In this document: in pieces, positions 1 through 8,253 of the stretch
Layout of the letters: every line of letters begins with the position of its first letter
Numbering within the stretch: the first letter of the stretch is position 1
NCBI GenBank assembly: GCA_965227775.1
Contig: OZ245777.1
Coordinates: forward strand, 2,176,001 to 2,240,000
From: Phycisphaerales bacterium
GTDB taxonomy: Bacteria > Planctomycetota > Phycisphaerae > Phycisphaerales > UBA1924
Length of the DNA stretch: 64,000 bases
Direction: 5' to 3'
The notes under the pieces: generated by a model
What the model was told of the DNA's origin: nothing
What the model saw: only the letters and a program-made list of their open reading frames with translations
The model's database searches: none
Translations under genes and position numbers: made by a program

Positions 1-220
1 CCGCAATGCTCGTAAGGGCAGACTCTGATCGCTGGCGACGTTGAGTTCCGCAACAAAGCAACATCGTGTCTCTATTATCGAAGCGGTTGTCAAGGCAAAA
101 GCTATCGCTACAGATGGTGCAAACATGGCGTAAAGGCCTTGTCGTCAACATCAGTGACGCTGCGTGGTCCAAGTCTTGCCAGGCCAGCCGCTGACTAGCA
201 TGGAAACGCTCCCTCGACTC

Positions 221-422
221 TCTTTCGCCGCTCTGTTGAACTCCACCCATCCCTGCCCCCGTCGTCTCGATCGGGTGCAAGCGGCCGCCGGCTTCCTCGG
301 CGTCGCCGTCGCTGTGCTCGGCGCCTCGTGCAGCCGGTTCCCTGGCGGGCCGGGCGGCTTTCGCTTGACCCGCCATCGACGTGGAGGCTCTTGGGATGCA
401 CGTTCAACATCCAATGAAAGGA
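221..422. promoter_or_regulatory. Long imperfect hairpin leader 1 (ssDNA-promoter/Frpo-like)
   Basis: Nested pairings: TCTTTC 221-226 with GAAAGGA 416-422; TGTTGAAC 234-241 with GTTCAACA 402-409; CATCCC 248-253 with GGGATG 393-398; CGGGTGCAAGCG 272-283 with CGCTTGACCCG 362-372. TTGACC at 365-370. Confidence 0.55.
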
Positions 423-430
423 GTCACCAG

Positions 431-754
431 ATGACGAACCAGAACAACACCTCGAACACCACCAACAATCCCGTCGACCACGTCCGCCTCGGCGCTATCC
501 GTGCCGCGATCTGGCGGAACACCGATTCGCAGGGCCGAGTCCGGTACAACGCCACGTTCGAGCGTGGCTACGTCGACCAGAAGGGCGACTGGCAGTCGAC
601 CACGTCCTTCGGCCGCGACGACCTGCTGCAGCTGGCCAAGGTCGCCGACATGGCCAACACACGGATCCACGAGATTCAGGCCGAGGATCGCGAGCACGCG
701 GACCGCAACGCGGCAACCGCCGCCGCGGCATCGGAGCACGTCGCGACCCGATGA
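431..754 (+). CDS. Small putative ssDNA-binding protein (SSB/PC4-like hypothetical)
   Basis: ATG 431 follows the SD GAAAGGAG. Sequence VRLGAIRAAIWRN..YNATFERGYVD..GDWQSTTSFGRDDLLQLAKV is a beta-rich aromatic pattern. Overlaps the ardC-like start (ATGA). Confidence 0.6.
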   Translation: MTNQNNTSNTTNNPVDHVRLGAIRAAIWRNTDSQGRVRYNATFERGYVDQKGDWQSTTSFGRDDLLQLAKVADMANTRIHEIQAEDREHADRNAATAAAASEHVATR

Positions 755-1701
755 GTGCGAGCTCGAACCCAGGCGGATCGCCGGCCACGGCCGGCGGTCC
801 TGCCACCCCCGCAACGCCCAGCAAGGCCGAGCGGACGAAACAGATTGCCAAGGACGCGTTGGACGAGTTGGCCCAGGCCCTCGACGCGGGCAACTCCGTC
901 CAGCTCGATCGCTTCCTCGCGGCGATGTCCCGATTCCACGCGTACAGCGTGCGGAACATCCTCCTCATCCTGAGCCAGAAGCCCGACGTGACCCGCGTCG
1001 CCGGCTTCCACACATGGCGTTCGCTCGGCCGGCACGTGAAGAGGGGCGAGAAGGGCATTGTCATCCTCGCCCCGATGCTGGTCCGCTCCGCCGGCCACGA
1101 TCGGGAGGCGAGCAACAATGACGAAGATCCCGAACGCATCCTGCGACTCCGCGTCGTGTACGTGTTCGATGTCAGTCAGACCGAGGGCGAGCCGCTGCCC
1201 GAGCCGGCGAGAGCTGGTGGCGACCCGGCCGGGTACCTCGACAGGCTCGAAACCTGCGTCGTCGAGAGCGGGATCACGCTTGAGTATGCGGATGACCTTG
1301 GACGGGCCGAGGGCGTATCGAGTGGTGGGATGATTCGTGTCAAGCGGGGTCTGCCATTGGCAGAGCGTTTTTCGGTACTGGTGCACGAGCTGACCCACGA
1401 GATCCTGCACCACGGCGAGGGTGTCGAGCGGCCGAGCAAAACGGTGCGAGAGACCGAAGCCGAGGCGGTGGCCCACGTTGTGTGCCGTGCGATCGGCCTC
1501 GACGTCGGCTCAGCGTCCTCGGACTACATCCGCATGTACCGTGGCGACTCTGAGACGCTGGTGGATTGGCTCGACCGCATCCAGCGCGCGGCGTGCGCGG
1601 TCATCGAGGGCATCGGCCTGGTCGAGCCTGCGACGACACGGACCCTTGTCCCCGAAACGTCCGATCGATCCAAGACCGCCGCGAGGCAGCACACACGATG
1701 A
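751..1701 (+). CDS. ardC: ArdC-like antirestriction protein (N-terminal ssDNA-binding DUF1738-like domain plus HExxH metallopeptidase-like domain)
   Basis: Motifs FHAYSVRNILLI, VAGFHTWRSLGRHVKRGEKGIVILAP, VYVFDVSQTEG, LVHELTHEILH, ETEAEAVA. Confidence 0.8.
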   Translation: MSASSNPGGSPATAGGPATPATPSKAERTKQIAKDALDELAQALDAGNSVQLDRFLAAMSRFHAYSVRNILLILSQKPDVTRVAGFHTWRSLGRHVKRGEKGIVILAPMLVRSAGHDREASNNDEDPERILRLRVVYVFDVSQTEGEPLPEPARAGGDPAGYLDRLETCVVESGITLEYADDLGRAEGVSSGGMIRVKRGLPLAERFSVLVHELTHEILHHGEGVERPSKTVRETEAEAVAHVVCRAIGLDVGSASSDYIRMYRGDSETLVDWLDRIQRAACAVIEGIGLVEPATTRTLVPETSDRSKTAARQHTR

Positions 1702-1753
1702 TCCTCACGAGCACACGCCATCGTGTGCGGGTTGGCACGCGACGGTCTTCGTT

Positions 1754-1917
1754 TCTTTCGCCGGTGTGCATCAAGCTGCGCCAATCCTGGCACCTCCCGC
1801 CGTCCGGGAAAGGGTCGAGCCGTGCCCCGCCAGGCCTACGCCCCTCTGGGGCCCTTGCCCGTTCGGCTCGATGGCGGTGCCTTGTCGGCGAGCTTGTTCA
1901 ACACACCGACGAAAGGA
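1754..1917. repeat. Structured leader repeat, copy 2
   Basis: Closely similar to 2271-2416. Outer stem TTTCG-CGGTGTG-CAAGCT-GGCACC pairs with GGTGCC-AGCTTG-CACACCG-CGAAA and ends in the SD GAAAGGA. Confidence 0.85.
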
Positions 1918-1924
1918 CTCCGAT

Positions 1925-2197
1925 ATGACAAGACGACACGAACCCCCATCCGACGAACTGCCGCCTCACTCCGAACTGGCCGAGGTCTCAACACCTCACC
2001 GGCCGCGTTACTGGGAGGTGACGCTGACCGATACCACGCAACGCACCTTCCTGATCAACACGGATTCGCAGCCGGAAGGGCCCATCTCGGATCGGGGCCC
2101 CGAGGAGATCGACTTCTGCATTCGCGGCCGGGTCGCATACACGCACGAGGAACACCTGGAGCGTTGGGCCGAGATCGTCCTTTGCCCGGAAGAGTGA
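1925..2197 (+). CDS. Small acidic hypothetical protein (90 aa)
   Basis: ATG 1925 follows the SD of leader copy 2; Glu/Asp-rich; contains YWEVTLTDTTQRTFLI. Confidence 0.7.
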   Translation: MTRRHEPPSDELPPHSELAEVSTPHRPRYWEVTLTDTTQRTFLINTDSQPEGPISDRGPEEIDFCIRGRVAYTHEEHLERWAEIVLCPEE

Positions 2198-2270
2198 TCT
2201 GGTTCTGCACCGCGAGGGCTCGTTCGAATCACGTTCGATCGTGCATCGGCGATCGGCGGAATGGTCGACG

Positions 2271-2416
2271 CCTTCGTGGTGTGTATCAAGCTGCGCCCAG
2301 CCTGGCACCGCCCGCCGTTCGGGCAAGGGTCGAGCCGTGCCGCTGCGCGGCCCTTGCCCGCCCGGCTCGATAGCGGTGCCGTGGGGGCGAGCATGTTCAA
2401 CACACCAACGAAAGGA
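2271..2416. repeat. Structured leader repeat, copy 3
   Basis: Homologous to 1754-1917 with a shorter central hairpin. CCTTCGTGGTGTG pairs with CACACCAACGAAAGG. Confidence 0.85.
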
Positions 2417-2423
2417 CTTTGAC

Positions 2424-2699
2424 ATGATACGAAGATCTAAACCTTCACCCGACGACCTGCGGACCTTCGAGGTCAGCGTGGTCCGCACTACCCGCGAGAC
2501 CCACGTGGTCGAGGCGATCGACGACGCTCAGGCCTTCGAGTGCTACCTCAAGGGCGACTGCATCGATGTCTTCGAGGACGAACTCAGCTCGCACTACGAG
2601 GGCACGACGCTGCGGGAAGAGCACCAGGACTCGCTCAGCCACTGGGACCTGCTCGAGCTCCTCGATGTCTCGCTTCCACACGCACTCGAGAGGAGGTAG
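2424..2699 (+). CDS. Small acidic hypothetical protein (91 aa), DpnD/PcfM-like strand motif
   Basis: ATG 2424 follows the SD of leader copy 3. TFEVSVVRTTRETHVVEA resembles the strand motif of the 1925 protein. Confidence 0.7.
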   Translation: MIRRSKPSPDDLRTFEVSVVRTTRETHVVEAIDDAQAFECYLKGDCIDVFEDELSSHYEGTTLREEHQDSLSHWDLLELLDVSLPHALERR

Positions 2700-2701
2700 G
2701 C

Positions 2702-3241
2702 ATGGAATCAGCAACAAGAATCCTATGTCCGGAGTTCCGACTCGACTCCTCGAACGAGATCGCATCATGTCGTGACGGAGACCACCGCCGAGCATGGCAC
2801 ACCAACTTGATCGATCTTCAATCCGATAGTTCCATCGTGCTCGGGGCCTGCGTGAAGTGGTACAGCCCGAACCCGGAAGACTCCGAAGAGCCTGACGATT
2901 TCCTCGTTCCCAGATGGCAGGTCGCGACTCATGAGCTGACAGACTTCCTGGACAATCACCGAGTGGAAATGTATCCCTCGGAAGGCGTACCAACGGACTA
3001 TTCGGTCGCGACGGAACGGCGTCACTTCAAGATGTGGGAACGGACGCCGAGTCAGTTGTTCCACTGGGATCCGTTCAACATCGCGGTCTACAGCCTGTCA
3101 CCCTGGGCCGCTGAATTGCAGGTGATGCTGGTCGACCGATACGAGGTTGAAGATCCGTTCGAGGGTGATCGAGAGCTCACCGAGCGTGCCTTCGGATTGT
3201 GGTACGCGGTCCAGCTCAGCGAGGAGTTCAATAGACTCTAG
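2702..3241 (+). CDS. Acidic hypothetical protein (179 aa)
   Basis: ATG 2702 follows AGGAGG, 2 nt after the previous stop; Trp/acidic-rich globular composition. Confidence 0.7.
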   Translation: MESATRILCPEFRLDSSNEIASCRDGDHRRAWHTNLIDLQSDSSIVLGACVKWYSPNPEDSEEPDDFLVPRWQVATHELTDFLDNHRVEMYPSEGVPTDYSVATERRHFKMWERTPSQLFHWDPFNIAVYSLSPWAAELQVMLVDRYEVEDPFEGDRELTERAFGLWYAVQLSEEFNRL

Positions 3242-3262
3242 TACGAATCCCGCATGCACTCC

Positions 3263-3290
3263 GCCGCTCGCAGATCTTGTTGCGAGCGGC
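3263..3290. terminator. Hairpin between convergent genes
   Basis: Perfect 10-bp stem GCCGCTCGCA/TGCGAGCGGC with an 8-nt loop; no U-tract. Confidence 0.5.
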
Positions 3291-3292
3291 AC

Positions 3293-3664
3293 TCACCCAT
3301 CCACGATCTCGACCGAGATCGACTCGATCCGTTCTTCGTACTCATCGCCGACTGACAGCGAGCCATCGCTGACCTTCACGCTCGTCGCTCGGTGCTGGAT
3401 GATCGCCCGGTACAGCTCGCCGAGCTTGCGACCCGTGATCGTGACCACCGCTCCGGAGAACACCATCTCGATGCCGGATGACGGATTCAGCGTCGCTCGT
3501 AGCAGCATCGAGTAGGGGAACGCGGCCCGGTCGCCGCCCGCCAGCACACAGTCGAGCATGGCGGTGTACCGCTCGCCGGCGTCAAAGGCCGGCTGCTCGT
3601 CCTCGACGGGGATGCGGGACTTCGTGCCCGTGTACTTCTCGATCAGATCGTGGCTACCGCTCAC
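3293..3664 (-). CDS. Hypothetical protein coupled to the relaxase
   Basis: 123-aa ORF overlapping the relaxase 3' end; normal codon usage. Confidence 0.65.
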   Translation of the reverse strand: MSGSHDLIEKYTGTKSRIPVEDEQPAFDAGERYTAMLDCVLAGGDRAAFPYSMLLRATLNPSSGIEMVFSGAVVTITGRKLGELYRAIIQHRATSVKVSDGSLSVGDEYEERIESISVEIVDG

Positions 3665-6473
3665 GGCTCAACCCACGTTCGGGCCCTCCACGCCGGCGTT
3701 GCTTTGCGCGGCGACGGCCACGGACGCGTTCGAGGCGGGCGTTGAGTGCGGCCCGGATCCTCGATCCGCGCCGCACGCTGGCGAACAGGGCGAGCGATCG
3801 TTGCTGATGCTGTGCGTGCGACAGCTGGCGGCCTGGCAGTGGGGGTGGGGGGCCGCCGACCAGCTCGGTCGCACTCACCCGCGAGCGATCCCGAAGGACG
3901 GACTTGAGCAGGCGGTTCGCGTCGTCGGTGAAGATGGTGACTGCTTTGCGGCCACGCGTGACCGACGTGTAGAACTGCTTCCGGTCTCCCGCCCCGGCCG
4001 AGTCGCTGGACTGGGCGAGGATCAGGTGGTCGACCGTGCGGCCCTGGGCCGCGTGGCTCGTGACGCAGTAGCCGTGCGTGAGGTGGCCGAAGCCTTTGGG
4101 CAGCGTCCAGCCGTTGGTGAGCCTGATCTTGCCGTCCTTGGTCAGGCCCTTGACCTCGTAGATTGAACCGTTGTTCAGGCGATGCTTGCCGTCGTGCGTG
4201 CGTCCGTTCTTGGTGATGCGGATCTGGTCACCCTTGGCGACTCCCAGATCCGACTTCTCGTACACCTCGAACCGCTTGGCCAGTTCCAGCGGCAACGCGA
4301 TCTCCTGCCCATCGCGTTGCCGCGTGGCCGTCACCGTCCGGTCGGAGACGCCCGTCACCAGCACGCGATCCGATCGCCGTGTGCCACCCGCGACGTTCTG
4401 GTGGAACGCGACCACGTCGCCGGGCCGGTACACCGTCGCGTCTTGCTTCTCGGCTTCGGTGAGCTGGCGGGGACGCAGCTGCTCGATGCTCGCATCGCGT
4501 TGCCCGATGAGCTTCGACTCGCGGAGGCACTCACGGATCCGCTCGGTGACGGCCCGCCCCTCGCCGTGTGTCGGGGAGACGACCAGGGCGGATCGGCCGC
4601 TCGTCACCGTCTCGACGTAGGTGCCGGCGAGCTCCGCGGCCCGCGTGTCGTCGGCAACCTCACGGATGGCACCCATGTTCCGGAGCGTCTCAAACCCTCG
4701 CTCGAGATCGCCGGCGTTCAGCCGCGAGCACGCCTCTCGATAGGCCTCGTGCTCCTGGCGACGCACGGTCCGCACTTCGGCTGGTGTGATCCCGCCGTGG
4801 GTCTCCAGCAGCCTCATCGCGTCGCCGCGGGTGACGCTGGAGTGCTGGGCCGTGTCGCCGGTCAGCAGCAGGCGGGCGTCGAGCTTGTCGGCCATCTTCA
4901 CGAGCTTTGCCATGTCGGGCGTGCTGAGCAGTCCCGCCTCATCGACCCAGATCACTTGGCCCTTGAGGCGGTGCTGGAGATCGGGGTTCTGCAGCACACT
5001 GGCGACGGTCTGGGCGTTGGTGAAGCCGTCGCCACGCAGGACCTCGTGCGTTGCCATGGCGGTCGGGGCCGCAGGCTGGACACGCAGGCCGGACTGCTCG
5101 ATGGCCGAGACGACCTCCTGCATGAGCCGCGTCTTGCCGACGCCCGCCCGGCCGCGGATCGCGACCACGCCGTCCGTCGATTCGAGCACGTGTCGCACGG
5201 CCATCTGCTGCTCCGCACTGAGTTCGGTGTCCTGGCACACGTGGTGCTTCGCGAGCGACTCGAATCGTCCCCGGCCCTCGCGGACCGTCGCCAGCATGGC
5301 TCGCTCTTCTTCGAGAACTTGTGGTGTGGTAACGAGCGTTGCCCCGTCGAGCGTGCCACGCAGCAGCTTCCCATCGGAGATGCGAGCCTCCAGGTGCACC
5401 CGTGCCGACTCCGGTGTCACACCCCCGGTTGACCGCTCCATTGCCGCCGCGAGCAACGCCCGCTCGGTAACGGTCGACTGCCGTGCCAGCAGGTGCTCGG
5501 TCGCCGAGCGGAACGCGTCGTCGATCTCGAGGGGGCGGTCACGATCGGCGGGCTGGTCCTTCGCCACCTCGCTTGTGCGTTGCAACTGTTCACGGATGTC
5601 GTCGGGCAGCCGCTCACGCCACGCGTGACGCAACTCCTCCATCGAGGCGACACTAAGCTTGTGCTGACGCGTCTGGGCCCCGAGCTCGGCCTTCTGGTCG
5701 GCGTTGGTGATGCCACGCTCGCGGGCCAGCTTCTCGATCTCGTCGGTCCGCCGGCTGAAGGCTCGGATGGCTTCCTCCGGAATCCCCGCGATCTCCCAGC
5801 CGCCTCCGCGACGCTCGATGTCGTAGCCCAGGCCGACCAGCTTCTCCTTGAGCCGGGCCTGCTGGGCGGCCTGGAAGTAGGGGGCGTCGGTCTTGATCTT
5901 CCCGAGGTCCGCCGCCTTCCAGCGGGACTCTTCGGAGTCCCACGTTGCGTTGAACACCACGCAGTGGACGTGTGCTTGCGGATCGGGGATGCCGTCGACC
6001 GGCCTCGCCGTGAAGTGGGCGAATTCGGCCCACAGGAGGCTTGAGGTGGGGCGGTTGTGGTCGGCGCCGCCGCGACGCACCCGCGTCTCGGCATCCGCTT
6101 CCAGCTCCCGCATCGTCTCGCGGACCGACTCACGGAAGGCCTCGGCGATCCGGGGATCCCGGCCCAGCTCCATCGCGAGGCTGACCGACTTGGGCACGCT
6201 CCACGTCAGGTCGTAGCCGACGCGACGCTGGTCCTTAGTGCGGGGCGTGAGCTGTTCCCCGGTTTGGGGGATGCGATTGTCGCAAAGCGACTCGAAGGCG
6301 TCCCTGGAAACTTGGCCCGAGAGACCCAGCCGCTCGGCGGCTAGGCCGTCCCATTCGCCCAAGACCTCCTGGTCGAGGACCTTCTCATCGGCGTAGTACT
6401 CGCCCCGTGAGAGAGCCTCGCGAAAGTACGACTTCGCTCCCTCGGCGGAGACGATGGTGGTCATCCGCAGCAT
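3654..6473 (-). CDS. mobF: MOBF (TrwC/TraI-like) relaxase-helicase
   Basis: N-terminal SYF..GEYY; GYDLTWSVPKSVS; HFTARP..DPQAHVHCVVFN (HUH); FSRRT; RecD-like helicase motifs GRAGVGKT, DEAG, GDTAQ, SHAAQGRTVD, YTSVTRGR. Confidence 0.95.
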   Translation of the reverse strand: MLRMTTIVSAEGAKSYFREALSRGEYYADEKVLDQEVLGEWDGLAAERLGLSGQVSRDAFESLCDNRIPQTGEQLTPRTKDQRRVGYDLTWSVPKSVSLAMELGRDPRIAEAFRESVRETMRELEADAETRVRRGGADHNRPTSSLLWAEFAHFTARPVDGIPDPQAHVHCVVFNATWDSEESRWKAADLGKIKTDAPYFQAAQQARLKEKLVGLGYDIERRGGGWEIAGIPEEAIRAFSRRTDEIEKLARERGITNADQKAELGAQTRQHKLSVASMEELRHAWRERLPDDIREQLQRTSEVAKDQPADRDRPLEIDDAFRSATEHLLARQSTVTERALLAAAMERSTGGVTPESARVHLEARISDGKLLRGTLDGATLVTTPQVLEEERAMLATVREGRGRFESLAKHHVCQDTELSAEQQMAVRHVLESTDGVVAIRGRAGVGKTRLMQEVVSAIEQSGLRVQPAAPTAMATHEVLRGDGFTNAQTVASVLQNPDLQHRLKGQVIWVDEAGLLSTPDMAKLVKMADKLDARLLLTGDTAQHSSVTRGDAMRLLETHGGITPAEVRTVRRQEHEAYREACSRLNAGDLERGFETLRNMGAIREVADDTRAAELAGTYVETVTSGRSALVVSPTHGEGRAVTERIRECLRESKLIGQRDASIEQLRPRQLTEAEKQDATVYRPGDVVAFHQNVAGGTRRSDRVLVTGVSDRTVTATRQRDGQEIALPLELAKRFEVYEKSDLGVAKGDQIRITKNGRTHDGKHRLNNGSIYEVKGLTKDGKIRLTNGWTLPKGFGHLTHGYCVTSHAAQGRTVDHLILAQSSDSAGAGDRKQFYTSVTRGRKAVTIFTDDANRLLKSVLRDRSRVSATELVGGPPPPLPGRQLSHAQHQQRSLALFASVRRGSRIRAALNARLERVRGRRRAKQRRRGGPERGLSRER

Positions 6474-6590
6474 GTCGAGATGTCTCAGGCGTTGGTAGAG
6501 AACTGTTTTCGGTTCACCGGATCATCACCGAAGACGCTCAGCCGATCAAGCCAATGTCACCATCATGGCCGCAAGTGGGTTCCGCCAGAT

Positions 6591-6659
6591 TCTCTGTAAA
6601 ACCAGAGAGCAACGCACACACTCGTACCCAAAGCTCAGCAATCCGGCAGAGCTATGAGC
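6591..6659 (-). other. Candidate oriT
   Basis: Upstream of the relaxase. The minus strand reads an imperfect IR (GCTCA..TGAGC, 6633-6659) followed by TTTGGGTACGAGTGTGTGC, resembling F/R100 nic context. Second IR TCTCTG/CAGAGA at 6591-6608. Confidence 0.3.
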
Positions 6660-6865
6660 ACAGACGGAGTCCCACCAGTTTCTCCGCAAGAGAAGACTAA
6701 ATCCCGCAGGCGTCTCTCCGAAGCAGGGCTTTGGACGTGTGGTGATCCAATTGTGCCTCGCAACTAGCACGTTATGAAGTTCATCAAATTCGACCTTGCG
6801 CCAACGCCCGGGATCCTGTACGCTGAATCCAAGAGATGTAGACAAGACGAAAAGGAACGCCTTCA

Positions 6866-8179
6866 ATGTCACAGTACCAACAATTCCAATCGCTTATCGG
6901 TATTGCTGTGCTGGTCATTCTGTGGCCTATAGATGGTGTCCTAGCAGCTACATGCAACGTAGGAGACGCATTTGCTCCTCAAGCCATATACGGAGTGACG
7001 CGCACACCTAGTGCATTGGTTGCGACAGATATCGATAGCAATGGGACAGCTGATCTGGTTGTGTCAAGCTATGACGACAATGTCGTGTCACTATTGATCA
7101 ACGACGGGAGTGGACACTTTACCTCCAAGATACCCTTCTGGCCGGACGCAGGCCAACTCGTCTTCGTGGATGCCGCGGACATCAACAGCGATGGTCATAC
7201 GGATTTGGCGATCGCAAGCTTCAATGGTGAATTCGTCCGTCTTGGTACCGGCGACGGATCCGGAGCCTTCACTCGTAGCGGAGTGCTTCGAGCCTATTTT
7301 GACACAACGGTGGCTGTGTTCATAGACCTCAATACTGACGACTTACCCGACATCGTTGCCAGTCACGCTAGAGCGGGTCTCGCGGCGTATCTGAATGTTG
7401 GCGAGGGCGTGTACCGTGACTCAGGTCAGTTTGAGCTAGAAGACTACTCCGGTCATGCACTCCTGGTCACGGATGTGAACGCAGATGAACTACCGGATCT
7501 CATCCAGGTCCGCCAGACATTCTCAGCTGGCGACAGAGTATCAGATGTTCAGGTGTTTCTTGGACTCGGCGATGGCACTCTGCAACTGCCACGTAGCATT
7601 AGGCTCGACGGCATGATGCGGTCGGTTGCCGCAGGAGACCTCAACCGTGATGGAGCCTTCGATCTTGTCCTCGCAGGCGACGCCGATGCGGTCACAGTAC
7701 TCTTGGGTAAAGGAAACGGAGACTTTTCAGTGGGCGGCAGCTATGGCGTCACGGTTACGCCCACTTGGATAAGTGTGGTGGATGTAGACAAAGACGGCAT
7801 GCTCGATCTCGCGATTGCCAGTGAAGGTGATCAAGTCTCAGTTGTCTCGGGACAAGGTGATGGCACGTTTGGCGAGGAAGTGCTCTTCGACTCTGGCCAT
7901 GATCAAAGTTCGATTGTCGTATCCGATTTGAATCAAGATGGCCAGCTCGATCTCGTAGTAGCCAATGGAGCGGACAACACGATCTCCGTGCTGCTGAATC
8001 AGTGTGAAAGCTGCGCAATGGACTTCGACAAAGATGGAAATCTGACATTGCTCGACTTTCTCGTCTTTAAGCAGCTCTGGTGGGAGGAGGACTCTCAAGC
8101 CGAGCTAGACAAAGACGGAGCGTTCACGCTTTTCGACTTCCTTGAATTCCAACGCCGATTCATGGCAGGGTGTGCCTAA
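6866..8179 (+). CDS. Secreted FG-GAP/VCBS repeat protein with degenerate GC-type dockerin tail
   Basis: Signal peptide; repeated D(I/L/V)NxDGxxDL; C-terminal CAMDFDKDGNLTLLDFL..FMAGCA. Confidence 0.85.
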   Translation: MSQYQQFQSLIGIAVLVILWPIDGVLAATCNVGDAFAPQAIYGVTRTPSALVATDIDSNGTADLVVSSYDDNVVSLLINDGSGHFTSKIPFWPDAGQLVFVDAADINSDGHTDLAIASFNGEFVRLGTGDGSGAFTRSGVLRAYFDTTVAVFIDLNTDDLPDIVASHARAGLAAYLNVGEGVYRDSGQFELEDYSGHALLVTDVNADELPDLIQVRQTFSAGDRVSDVQVFLGLGDGTLQLPRSIRLDGMMRSVAAGDLNRDGAFDLVLAGDADAVTVLLGKGNGDFSVGGSYGVTVTPTWISVVDVDKDGMLDLAIASEGDQVSVVSGQGDGTFGEEVLFDSGHDQSSIVVSDLNQDGQLDLVVANGADNTISVLLNQCESCAMDFDKDGNLTLLDFLVFKQLWWEEDSQAELDKDGAFTLFDFLEFQRRFMAGCA

Positions 8180-8253
8180 CGGGCAGCAGATCCAGGCAAA
8201 CCGCCGCCTCCCTATCATGCGCTCGTACAGTACAGCAGCAATGGAGAAAGGGC

